DNA of 64,000 bases from Pseudomonadota bacterium (lineage in GTDB: Bacteria > Pseudomonadota > Gammaproteobacteria > Burkholderiales > Burkholderiaceae_C): contig JAFEEF010000069.1 in assembly GCA_018241265.1 (NCBI GenBank), positions 33,004-97,003 on the forward strand, read 5' to 3'. The notes under the pieces were generated by a model. It did not search any database and had not been told where the DNA came from. It was given only the letters and a program-made list of their open reading frames with translations. Both the position numbers and the translations under genes were made by a program. Of the stretch, positions 17,966 to 26,207 are shown in pieces; positions within the stretch are counted from its first letter, which is position 1, and each line of letters starts with the position of its first letter.

Positions 17966-18343
17966 ATGGATGCCGACACGCGTCTGCGCTGGCTGCGCAT
18001 CGCCCTGGTCCTCACCGGCGTGGCCTGCCTGTCGGTCCATCCGCTGATGGCACTCTGGCCGTCCGGCTGGGCGTGGCACGAGGGGCACTCGAACTATCCG
18101 CTGATGATCGTCGGCATCTATGCGACGCTCGGCGTCTTCCTGATCATCGCGGCGCGCGATCCGATGGCGCATCTCAGCCTGATCTGGTTCGCCGTCTGGT
18201 CGAGCGTCGTGCACGGCGGGATCATGGCGGTGCAGGCGATGACGGAGCCGCATCAGGGCGGGCACCTGCTGGGCGATGTCCCGGCGCTCTTCATCGCGGC
18301 AGCCGCACTCGCGATGCTGACGCCGCGCCGCGCCGGGCGTTAG
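17966..18343 (+). CDS. hypothetical membrane protein (4 TM)
   Basis: Start MDADTRLRWLRIALVLTGVACL. Strongly hydrophobic. The upstream portion of the track ORF is Arg/Pro junk. Confidence 0.45.
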   Translation: MDADTRLRWLRIALVLTGVACLSVHPLMALWPSGWAWHEGHSNYPLMIVGIYATLGVFLIIAARDPMAHLSLIWFAVWSSVVHGGIMAVQAMTEPHQGGHLLGDVPALFIAAAALAMLTPRRAGR

Positions 18344-18344
18344 C

Positions 18345-18650
18345 CATCACCGCCATGCGCGGCTGGCGCGGCGCCTGGAGGTCGCGCTGCGCGCGACGAC
18401 GGTGATGGCGTCGCCGTTCATCAACGCGGTCGTGTCGGGCTGGCTGGAGCAGGGGCACGGCGGCGACGTGCTCGCCGCGCTGCGCGACGAATGCCGCCGG
18501 CGCAGCGCGTTGATGCGCGAGCGCGCTCGGCAGCCTCGGCGTGCGCACGCGAACCAACGCGTTTCATGCGTGGCTGCCGATGACGGCGCCGGCCGACGCA
18601 CCCGGCGTCGCATCGGCGCATCGGCCGATGCGTGCGGCCGCTTCAGGCTG
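18345..18650 (+). pseudogene. 5'-truncated, frameshifted remnant of a MocR/GabR-family PLP-dependent regulator/aminotransferase
   Basis: Frame 0 gives ...RLARRLEVALRATTVMASPFINAVVSGWLEQGHGGDVLAALRDECRRRSALMRERA, resembling the MocR C-terminal region. The alignment then continues in another frame (FHAWLPMTAPADAPGVASA...). No N-terminal HTH or aminotransferase core is present. Confidence 0.3.
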
Positions 18651-18739
18651 ACGGCAGAGCCCAAGTCATCACGCGATCGCCACAGGCAGGCGTCGCTGTC
18701 GTTGCTATCATTGCATTCAACGACTGCCAAGGAGCTCAC

Positions 18740-19033
18740 ATGGGAACTCTGACGATCCGCAACCTCGAAGATCCGCTCAAGAGCCGTTTGCGGCTGCGCG
18801 CGGCTGCACGCAACAGATCCATGGAGGAGGAAGCACGCCAGATCCTCCGGGCGGCACTGCAAGAGCCCGCAGTACCCGCTCAAGACCTGGGAACGCGGAT
18901 TCGCGCGCGCTTTGCCGGACTGGGTGACGTGCAACTTGCACTTGAACCTCGCCAACCGGTGCAACAGCCGCCGGACTTCAACGACACGCCGGCGGTCAGC
19001 CCCTCGTCGGTGCGAAAGTCTCGCCGCAGATGA
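18740..19033 (+). CDS. vapB: VapB/FitA-type antitoxin (ribbon-helix-helix)
   Basis: AAGGAG ribosome-binding site 8 nt upstream of the ATG. MGTLTIRNLEDPLKSRLRLRAAARNRSMEEEARQILRAAL is a typical FitA/VapB N-terminus. Stop overlaps the next start (ATGA). Confidence 0.65.
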   Translation: MGTLTIRNLEDPLKSRLRLRAAARNRSMEEEARQILRAALQEPAVPAQDLGTRIRARFAGLGDVQLALEPRQPVQQPPDFNDTPAVSPSSVRKSRRR

Positions 19034-19461
19034 CTACGCTGCTGGACACCAACGTACTCTCGGAACTCCTGCGAGCCCAGCCGTCGCCTGCGGTGCTGGC
19101 CTGGTTCATGACGCTGCCTCACGAAAGCCTGTTCGTCAGTGCCGTAACCCAAGCCGAGATGATGCTGGGCACCCGGCTGCTACCGCCGGGCAAGCGGCGC
19201 TCGGCGTTGGAGAGCGCCCTGTCGGCAATGTTCGACGAGGACTTCGCCGGGAGGATTCTTCCTTTCGACACGAACGCCGTTCCAGCCTATGTCGACATCG
19301 TCGGTGATCGGCGTTCGATCGGCCGGCCGATCTCTCAGTTCGATGCGCAGATTGCAGCCATTGCGCGGAAGGCCGGCGCGAAGCTGGCGACGAGGAACAC
19401 TGCAGACTTCGAGGGATGCGGGGTGGCACTGATCGACCCGTGGACCGGATCGGTCGCCTGA
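19030..19461 (+). CDS. vapC: VapC-type PIN-domain toxin (FitB-like)
   Basis: MTTLLDTNVLSEL with catalytic Asp contexts (LDTNV, ...ATRNTADFEG). 143 aa. Confidence 0.75.
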   Translation: MTTLLDTNVLSELLRAQPSPAVLAWFMTLPHESLFVSAVTQAEMMLGTRLLPPGKRRSALESALSAMFDEDFAGRILPFDTNAVPAYVDIVGDRRSIGRPISQFDAQIAAIARKAGAKLATRNTADFEGCGVALIDPWTGSVA

Positions 19462-19488
19462 TGGCCCGGCCTCCCTCCGAGTAGGTCC

Positions 19489-20382
19489 ATGAGGCACGTC
19501 ACCCGATACCGCCGAAGCGACGCACCCGCAGCGGTCGAATTCTTCCGCGAGGTCAACGCACTCGACGAGACCATCGCGGCCGACACGCTTCCGGGATGGC
19601 AAGCGTTCGTCGATGAGCCGGAAAACGATGGGGGATCGGGCTTCTTCACCGTCTGGGGCGATGACGAGCGGCTGATCGCGCTGGCGTACTCCCATCTGGA
19701 GGCCGCTCCGATCCAGCACTTTCGAATCTTCGTCCACCCACTCCATCGGCGTCGGGGTCTGGCTCGCATACTGTTGGCCGCCATCGCCGAGCAACATCCG
19801 CGCCACTTGCTGCAGACGAACTGCCCGGAGCGATGGCGGGCGATGGCCGCCTTCCTGCGTGCGACAGGCTTCGAGGCGATCGACCGCGAAGACCAGCTGA
19901 GGCGGCCGTCGGGCGTGCTGCGCCACCGCACACAGCGGGTCGCGACGGCTCGGGCCGAGCCATCGGATCTTGCGGCCATCTGTCGCATCCACGAGCTGGC
20001 GTATCGAGGCAGCGTGGGGTTCGTGCCGCTCTACCCCGCGACCCTGGAGCAGCGCGTCGCCAGGGCGGAGTCCGAGCTTTGGGTGACGCGAGCGCCCTCG
20101 GATGGAGTGACCGCGTTCATCGAACTCAATCCGGGCGCCGAATGGGAAGTGAACTCGGTGGCGACGTCGCCCGCGTTCCAGCGGCAGGGCCTGGCCACCG
20201 CCCTGCTCGAACTGGCGTCCGAGCGCGCGTCAGCCGAAGGACGAGGGCTGCGGCTCTTCGTGCGCAGCACCAACGCCAACGCACTCCGCCTGTACCAGCG
20301 ACTGGGCTTCGTTCCCGTTTCGTTCAGCACGCGATACGTGCGGGGCTCGGAGCCATTCATGCCCGCGCGGACGACGCCCTGA
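19489..20382 (+). CDS. GNAT family N-acetyltransferase with two tandem GNAT domains
   Basis: Two acetyl-CoA-binding blocks (HPLHRRRGLARILL and SPAFQRQGLATALL). 27 bp after vapC. GC lower than the window mean. Confidence 0.6.
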   Translation: MRHVTRYRRSDAPAAVEFFREVNALDETIAADTLPGWQAFVDEPENDGGSGFFTVWGDDERLIALAYSHLEAAPIQHFRIFVHPLHRRRGLARILLAAIAEQHPRHLLQTNCPERWRAMAAFLRATGFEAIDREDQLRRPSGVLRHRTQRVATARAEPSDLAAICRIHELAYRGSVGFVPLYPATLEQRVARAESELWVTRAPSDGVTAFIELNPGAEWEVNSVATSPAFQRQGLATALLELASERASAEGRGLRLFVRSTNANALRLYQRLGFVPVSFSTRYVRGSEPFMPARTTP

Positions 20383-21382
20383 CCACCAACCGCGGCGCCG
20401 GCCCAAGGATCACGTCTTCCTTGACCTCGCCGCCCAGGCAGGCGAACAGCAGATCGGTCGCCTGCGTCGCGACCTGCTCGAGGCCGAGATCGACCGACGT
20501 GAGCGGCGGCACGTGCATGCGCGCGCGCACGCCGTCGTAGCGCGTCACGAGCCGCACGTCGTCGGGAATGCGGCGGCCGGTCTCGACGATCGCGCGCGCG
20601 GCGCCGACCGCGAACGCATCGACGAGCGCGCAGACGCCGTCGATGTCCGGACGCGCTGCCAGCAGTTCGGCCATCGCGCGGCGGCCGCCCTCCTCGCCGT
20701 CGGCTTCATCGATCTGCGCCATGCGCAGCGGCATCTCGCGCGCCTCGGCGAGGCGCTCGTAGACCGCGATCGTCTCGGCATACGAGTTGCGCTTCTCCGA
20801 GCCGACCAGCAACGCGATGCGCCGCGCGCCGACCTCGGCCAGATGGCCGAGCAGCAGTTCGGCGGTCTCGGTCGAGCGCAGGTCGATGCTCGGCACGCGC
20901 GGCCGCGCACCCGGCGGCTTGCCGATCGCGACCACCGGCACGCCGCGCTTGCGCAAGGTGTCTATCGTCGCATCGCGCGCGGTCGGCTCGACGACGAGCG
21001 CGCCGTCGACATCGATCGTGTCGATCGCGATCTTGCCGCCTTCCACCGGCGGCAGCAGCGCGAGCGCGAGGCCGTGCGTCAGCGCGGCGCCGGCCGCGAC
21101 CGCCGCGATCTCCATCAGGAAGCCGAGGCGCGACGGGCCGCCGGCGACCGCGAACGGCATCGACGAGACCAGCGCGATCATGTGCGCCTCGCCGGTGCGC
21201 AGCCGCTGCGCATGGCGGTTCGGCCGGTAGCCGAGGCGGCGCGCAGTGAGCTCGACCTTGGCGCGGGTGCGCGCATCGACCTGGCCGCGGCCGTTCAGCG
21301 CGTGCGACACGGTGGTCGCCGACACGCCCGCCTCGCGCGCGACGTCGAGGATGGTCACACGCGGTGTCGCACGCTGGATCAT
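20357..21382 (-). CDS. LacI family transcriptional regulator (PurR-like)
   Basis: N-terminal HTH TILDVAREAGVSATTVSHALNG. Periplasmic-binding-protein-like effector domain. Confidence 0.8.
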   Translation of the reverse strand: MIQRATPRVTILDVAREAGVSATTVSHALNGRGQVDARTRAKVELTARRLGYRPNRHAQRLRTGEAHMIALVSSMPFAVAGGPSRLGFLMEIAAVAAGAALTHGLALALLPPVEGGKIAIDTIDVDGALVVEPTARDATIDTLRKRGVPVVAIGKPPGARPRVPSIDLRSTETAELLLGHLAEVGARRIALLVGSEKRNSYAETIAVYERLAEAREMPLRMAQIDEADGEEGGRRAMAELLAARPDIDGVCALVDAFAVGAARAIVETGRRIPDDVRLVTRYDGVRARMHVPPLTSVDLGLEQVATQATDLLFACLGGEVKEDVILGPAPRLVVRASSARA

Positions 21383-21482
21383 GGATACGGGTCTCCTGGG
21401 CTCTTCATGTCGCCGCCGCGCCGTCCGTCGGGTGCTCGCAAGAAAGTCGTTGACGGCACCGGCGGCCTGTGGTCGAATCTCA

Positions 21483-21494
21483 CAAAACGTTTTG
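21483..21494. promoter_or_regulatory. perfect palindrome CAAAACGTTTTG (PurR/LacI-type operator), copy 1
   Basis: 12-bp perfect inverted repeat in the divergent intergenic region between the LacI-family gene and the NCS2 operon. Resembles the CAAACGTTTG core of PurR boxes. Confidence 0.45.
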
Positions 21495-21576
21495 GGCCGA
21501 CCGCACCGACTATAGCCGAACCGGCCGCCCCGACCGCTCGAAGCACCGCCCCGGCGGTTTTTTTCGGACTGCCGCC

Positions 21577-21588
21577 CAAAACGTTTTG
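21577..21588. promoter_or_regulatory. perfect palindrome CAAAACGTTTTG, copy 2
   Basis: Identical 12-bp palindrome 94 bp from copy 1 and about 60 bp upstream of the NCS2 start codon. Confidence 0.45.
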
Positions 21589-21648
21589 TGTGAGTCTCGC
21601 TCGTCCATGCGCCAGGTCCCGTCCGTCTCGTCCAGGAAGGAAGCCACC

Positions 21649-23001
21649 ATGTCCCGCTCGCCCTCTTCGTCCGCCCCCGTCGATGCGATGCTGCCGCCGG
21701 CGCAGCTGCTGCTGTTCGGCCTGCAGCACGTGCTGTGCATGGCCGCCGTCCCGATCACGTCGGTGTTCCTCGTCGGCAAGGCGCTCGCGCTGCCGAACGA
21801 GCTGATGGTCAACCTGATCAGCGCGACCTTCCTGGTCTGCGGCCTGGGCTCGCTGCTGCAGGCCTTCGGGCCGTGGAAGATCGGCGCGCGGCTGCCGTTC
21901 GTGATGGTGCCGGGCGGCGCGCCGGTCGTGATGTTCGTGACGATCGCGCAGCAGCGCGACCTGAAGACGGCGAGCGGCGCGGTGATCCTGACCGCGCTGT
22001 TCTACTTCCTCTTGCTGCCGGTGTTCCGGCGCTGCCTGAAGTACTTCCCGCGCATCGTCATCGGCAGCCTGCTGCTGCTCGTGTCGGTCAACCTCGTGAA
22101 GGTCTACGGCGCGATCATCGTCGGCAAGCCCGGCACGCCCGACTACGCCGCGCCGATGAACATCTACCTCGCGCTCGCGACGGTCGGCTTCACGGTGCTG
22201 TTCGCGCGCGCCTTCAAGGGCACGCTCGGCCAGCTGTCGGTGCTGCTCGGCCTCGCGGCCGGCGCGATCGTCGCGTATGCGCTCGGCCAGATGAGTCTGG
22301 CGGGCGTGGTCGCCGGGCCGGTCGTCAGCGCGCCCGCGCTGCTGCCGTTCGGCATGCCGACCTTCGACGTCGTCGCCGCGGTGCCGCTCCTGATCTTCAG
22401 CGTGATCTCGATGGTCGAGGCGACCGGCCAGACCGTCGCGGTCGCCGAGATCGTCGGCAAGGAGATCGACATCCGCGAGGAGGTGCCGAAGACGATCCGC
22501 GGCGACGCGGTGATGTCGCTCGTCGGCGGCCTGCTCGGCACGTCGATGATCATCACCAGCGGCGAGAACATCGGCATCGTGCGCGCGACCGGCGTGCGCT
22601 CGCGCTACGTCACCGCGACCGCGGCGCTGATCCTGATCGTGATCGCCCTCTTCGCGCCGCTCGGCCGGCTCGCCGCGGCGATCCCGGCGCCGGTCGTCGG
22701 CGGCACCGCGATGATCGTCTTCGCGGTGATCGGCACGATGGGCATCGACATGCTGCGCAACGTCGACCTGCGCGAGCGCGGCAACATGTTCATCCTGGCG
22801 TCCGCGCTGACGATGGGTCTCCTGCCGATCGTCGTGCCCGGCCTCTACAGCCACTTCTCGCCGAACGCGCAGATCGTGCTCGGCAACGGCCTCGCGATGG
22901 GCTCGATCACCGCGATCGTGCTGAACATCGTGTTCCATCACCTGCGCGTGCGCGACGGCAACGGCGTCGCGACCGTCGCCACGCAGGAGGCCGCGTCGTG
23001 A
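21649..23001 (+). CDS. nucleobase:cation symporter-2 (NCS2) family permease (xanthine/uracil/purine permease)
   Basis: AGGAAGG ribosome-binding site before ATG 21649. 12-14 TM helices. NCS2 signature region. The track ORF 21469..23001 has a non-coding-looking N-terminal extension. Confidence 0.8.
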   Translation: MSRSPSSSAPVDAMLPPAQLLLFGLQHVLCMAAVPITSVFLVGKALALPNELMVNLISATFLVCGLGSLLQAFGPWKIGARLPFVMVPGGAPVVMFVTIAQQRDLKTASGAVILTALFYFLLLPVFRRCLKYFPRIVIGSLLLLVSVNLVKVYGAIIVGKPGTPDYAAPMNIYLALATVGFTVLFARAFKGTLGQLSVLLGLAAGAIVAYALGQMSLAGVVAGPVVSAPALLPFGMPTFDVVAAVPLLIFSVISMVEATGQTVAVAEIVGKEIDIREEVPKTIRGDAVMSLVGGLLGTSMIITSGENIGIVRATGVRSRYVTATAALILIVIALFAPLGRLAAAIPAPVVGGTAMIVFAVIGTMGIDMLRNVDLRERGNMFILASALTMGLLPIVVPGLYSHFSPNAQIVLGNGLAMGSITAIVLNIVFHHLRVRDGNGVATVATQEAAS

Positions 23002-24404
23002 GCCGCACCGCAGCGATCCCCGAAAGCCTGCAGGCCCGCGAGCTGCTGCTCGCGCCCGAGCGGGTGCTGCTGCGCGACGGCCCGGCACGCGACCATGCGG
23101 TGCATGTCGTCGACGGCCGTTTCGCCGCCGTCGGCCCGCGCGACGAGCTGACGCGGCGGCTGCCGAAGCTGCCGGTCACCGAACTGCCTGGGCGCTTGCT
23201 GATGCCCGGCTTCATCGATGCGCACCATCACCTGACGCAATCGTTCGGCAAGTCGCTCGCCTACGGCGAGCCGTCGGAGATCTTCCGGCGCGTCTGGGTG
23301 CCGCTGGAGAGCAGCCTGGGCGAGGACTTCGTGCACGTCGGCGCGAAGCTCGCGGCCCTCGAGAGCCTGCGCGGCGGCTTCACCACCATATGCGATGCCG
23401 GCACGCGGGCCAGCGGCGCGATCGACGCGATCGCGAGTGCGGTCGAATCGGCCGGGCTGCGCTGCGTGCTCGGCCTGACCTGCAACGACGTGACCGCGAG
23501 CGACACCGAGCGCGATCGCATCGTGACGGCGGCCGAGCAGTTCCTCGCGCGGCCGCGCGGCGATGGGCTCGTGCATCCTTCCCTGGCGATCTCGGTGCCC
23601 GAGGCGGGCAGCGACGCGATGCTGCAGAAGGTGTCGGCGCTGTGCGGCGAAGCCGGCGCGATCTTCCAGACGCACGTCAACGAGCACCTCGCGTCGGTCG
23701 AACGATCGGTGGTCGCGCGCGGCCTCCGGCCGCTCGAGCTGCTGAGCTCGCTCGGTGCGCTCGGGCCGCAGGTGCTGATCGCCCATGCGACGCTGGTCAC
23801 GCCATCGGAGCTCGCTATCCTGCGCGATACCGATACCGCCGTCGCCTACAACCCGGTGGCGAGCATGTGGAAGGGCAATGCGGTGGCGCCGGCGCTCGCG
23901 ATGGCGACGCTGGGCATCCGCTTCGGGCTCGGCACCGACTCGACGCGCAGCGACGCCTTCCGGCTCGTCGATGCGGCCGAGGCGGCACAGAAGCTCGCGT
24001 TCGCGCTGCCCATCGGCGACGCCTCGTGCGGCGCCGGCTGGACCTGGCTCGACCATGCGACGACCGACGGCGCCGCGGCCTGCGGCCTCGGCGGCATCAC
24101 CGGCGAGATCGCGCCGGGGCTGGCGGCCGACTTCCTGCTCGTCGACATCGACGTGCCGGAGATGTGCACCACCGTCGACCTGACCTGGGACCTCGTGCGC
24201 ATCGCCGGCCGCGATCAGATCGAGGCGGTGTTCGTCGCCGGCCGCATGCGGCTCTGGCAAGGCTGGCCGGTCGACTGGGACGCGCGCGCGCTGATGCGCG
24301 AGGTGGCCGCGGTCGCCGGCCGCGCGATCGCCGAAGCGCCGATCCAGCGCCTGCACCTGCCGGCCGCCGAGCACCGTCGCCGCGCGATGAGCGTCCGCCA
24401 CTGA
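22998..24404 (+). CDS. amidohydrolase superfamily protein (nucleobase deaminase / chlorohydrolase-like)
   Basis: GTG start overlapping the permease stop (GTGA). Metal-binding FIDAHHHL and HVNEH motifs. Track shows it fused to the upstream region as an 889-aa ORF; only the 3' 1.4 kb is this gene. Confidence 0.75.
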   Translation: MSRTAAIPESLQARELLLAPERVLLRDGPARDHAVHVVDGRFAAVGPRDELTRRLPKLPVTELPGRLLMPGFIDAHHHLTQSFGKSLAYGEPSEIFRRVWVPLESSLGEDFVHVGAKLAALESLRGGFTTICDAGTRASGAIDAIASAVESAGLRCVLGLTCNDVTASDTERDRIVTAAEQFLARPRGDGLVHPSLAISVPEAGSDAMLQKVSALCGEAGAIFQTHVNEHLASVERSVVARGLRPLELLSSLGALGPQVLIAHATLVTPSELAILRDTDTAVAYNPVASMWKGNAVAPALAMATLGIRFGLGTDSTRSDAFRLVDAAEAAQKLAFALPIGDASCGAGWTWLDHATTDGAAACGLGGITGEIAPGLAADFLLVDIDVPEMCTTVDLTWDLVRIAGRDQIEAVFVAGRMRLWQGWPVDWDARALMREVAAVAGRAIAEAPIQRLHLPAAEHRRRAMSVRH

Positions 24405-24433
24405 ACTTCCATTCTTCTTTCGACGAGACTTCC

Positions 24434-25147
24434 GTGACCGCCGACCATTGGCTCCTGATCTCCGCCGCGGTGCTGGCCGCGGCCTTCGTGCAAGGCTCGA
24501 CCGGCGTCGGCTTCGCACTCATCGCCGGCCCGGTGATGGGCCTCATCGCACCGCAGTTGCTGCCGGTCAGCCTGCTCGTGCTGATGCTGCCGCTGAACCT
24601 CTACGTGCTGTGGCGCGAACGCGCCGCGATCGACCGCCACGGCGCGAGCTGGGTCACCTTCGGCCGCGTCGCCGGCACCGCCGGCGGGATCTGGGTGCTG
24701 GCGATGCTGAGCGCGTCGCAGCTCGCGCTCTTCGTCGGCCTGGCGACCGTCGCCGCGGCGCTCGTGACGATCGCGATGCCGAGCTTCACGCCGGGGCGCA
24801 AGGTGTATGCCGCGGCCGGTGTGATCACCGGCATCACCGAGACCGCGACCGGCATCGGCGGGCCGCCGCTGGCGCTGGTCTACCAGCATCAGCCGGTGGC
24901 GGTGATGCGGGCGACGATCGCGCTGTGCTTTCTGGTCGGCGAGCTGGTGTCGCTCGCGGTATTGGTCGCGACCGACCGCGTGCCCGAAGGGCAATGGCAA
25001 GCGTTGGCTGCGCTGTTGCCGGCGCTGGGCGTCGGCGCATGGCTGAGCCGGCATGGCGCGCACCGCGTCAACGAGCGGTTCCTCAGGCGCTTCGTGCTCG
25101 GGTTCGCGATCGTGTCGGGGATGGCGCTGTTGGTGAAGGCGGCCTGA
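24434..25147 (+). CDS. TauE/SafE (DUF81) family sulfite/anion exporter
   Basis: GTG start. About 7 TM. Paired GxG-rich repeats (IAGPVMG, GIGGPP). Confidence 0.6.
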   Translation: MTADHWLLISAAVLAAAFVQGSTGVGFALIAGPVMGLIAPQLLPVSLLVLMLPLNLYVLWRERAAIDRHGASWVTFGRVAGTAGGIWVLAMLSASQLALFVGLATVAAALVTIAMPSFTPGRKVYAAAGVITGITETATGIGGPPLALVYQHQPVAVMRATIALCFLVGELVSLAVLVATDRVPEGQWQALAALLPALGVGAWLSRHGAHRVNERFLRRFVLGFAIVSGMALLVKAA

Positions 25148-25223
25148 CACCGTCCTCCGCAACGAACGCCACGGGTAGACTCCGCCCGGACCGGCCGTTC
25201 GTCGATGCCGGCGCGGAGCCGGC

Positions 25224-26207
25224 ATGCCACCCAAGGTCTTTATCGGTTCGTCCACCAAGGGCCTGCCGATCGCCGAAGCGATACAGAAGGCGCTGTCGCA
25301 CACCGCAGAGGCGGTGATCTGGAACCAGGGCGTGTTCCGCACGACCAACGTGCCGATCGAGAACCTGCTGCGCGCGGTCGGGGAGTACGACTTCGGCGTG
25401 TTCGTCTTCTTGCCCGAGGACGAGTTGCGTGCTCGCGAAGAAGCGGTCCTGTCGGTGCGCGACAACGTGATCTTCGAGGTCGGCCTGTTCATCGGCACGC
25501 TCGGCCGAGAGCGCACCTTCTTCCTCGCGCCGAAGAACCAGGACGTCAAGGCTTACCTGCCGAGCGATCTTGCCGGCATCACGCCGGCGTTCTACGACCC
25601 CGCCGCATCGAGCCGTGAAGCCGCCGTTGGTGCGCCCCTCTACGAGGTCAGGGAGGCAATTCGCGCTCTCGGCGCGCGCAGCGGACGCCACCACATTCTC
25701 TATGACGGCCGCGGGAGCCGCTTGCGCCAGTTTCACTTTGACGCGCAGATTCGCTCAGTCTCGGGTGGCAAGGAGACGGTCACGCTGCTTAGCAACGGAG
25801 AGTTGCGGGCCACGCCCGACGGCACCTTGTGCATCGATCGCCGCAGCCGCGACGCCCGCTACGAGGTAACGCTGTGCCCCGCGGGACCCGGAAAGCCGTC
25901 ACTGGGACGCCGGCCTGATCGGGTCCTGCTGCTGACGCTGGAGGCCAGGACCGATGGCGAGCCGCACGATCTGAGTTTCGTGCTGAAACGGGCCGACGGC
26001 AATCGCGAACGCGTCATGACGCTACACAACCAAGTCACGAGTACCGCCTGGACTCCGCTGCAGTTGTACCTTCGTGGGCCGCAGGATGTCGACCTTCTGC
26101 TGCGCATCGACGACAAGAAACCGGGTCCGGCACCGTCGTCGGTCTTCCTCCGCAATTTGCTGCTGGTTGACGTCGATGAGCGGGAAGTCGGGCCAATGCA
26201 ATCCTAG
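25224..26207 (+). CDS. TIR-like domain protein (CAP12/PycTIR-type, COG4271-like N-terminal domain) with unassigned C-terminal domain
   Basis: N-terminus KVFIGSSTKGLPIAEAIQKAL...VIWNQGVF...EYDFGVFVFLPED...VRDNVIFEVGLFIGTLGRERTFFL. Lower GC and atypical codons (ttt, cta, agt, ata) compared with the flanks. C-terminal roughly 170 aa is beta-rich and unassigned. Confidence 0.55.
   Translation: MPPKVFIGSSTKGLPIAEAIQKALSHTAEAVIWNQGVFRTTNVPIENLLRAVGEYDFGVFVFLPEDELRAREEAVLSVRDNVIFEVGLFIGTLGRERTFFLAPKNQDVKAYLPSDLAGITPAFYDPAASSREAAVGAPLYEVREAIRALGARSGRHHILYDGRGSRLRQFHFDAQIRSVSGGKETVTLLSNGELRATPDGTLCIDRRSRDARYEVTLCPAGPGKPSLGRRPDRVLLLTLEARTDGEPHDLSFVLKRADGNRERVMTLHNQVTSTAWTPLQLYLRGPQDVDLLLRIDDKKPGPAPSSVFLRNLLLVDVDEREVGPMQS

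Noticed and set aside
21735-24404. 889-aa plus-strand ORF apparently fusing the permease region and the amidohydrolase
   Set aside because: The upstream two-thirds are in a different frame from the real NCS2 gene (21649..23001). Only the 3' part from GTG 22998 is coding (amidohydrolase).
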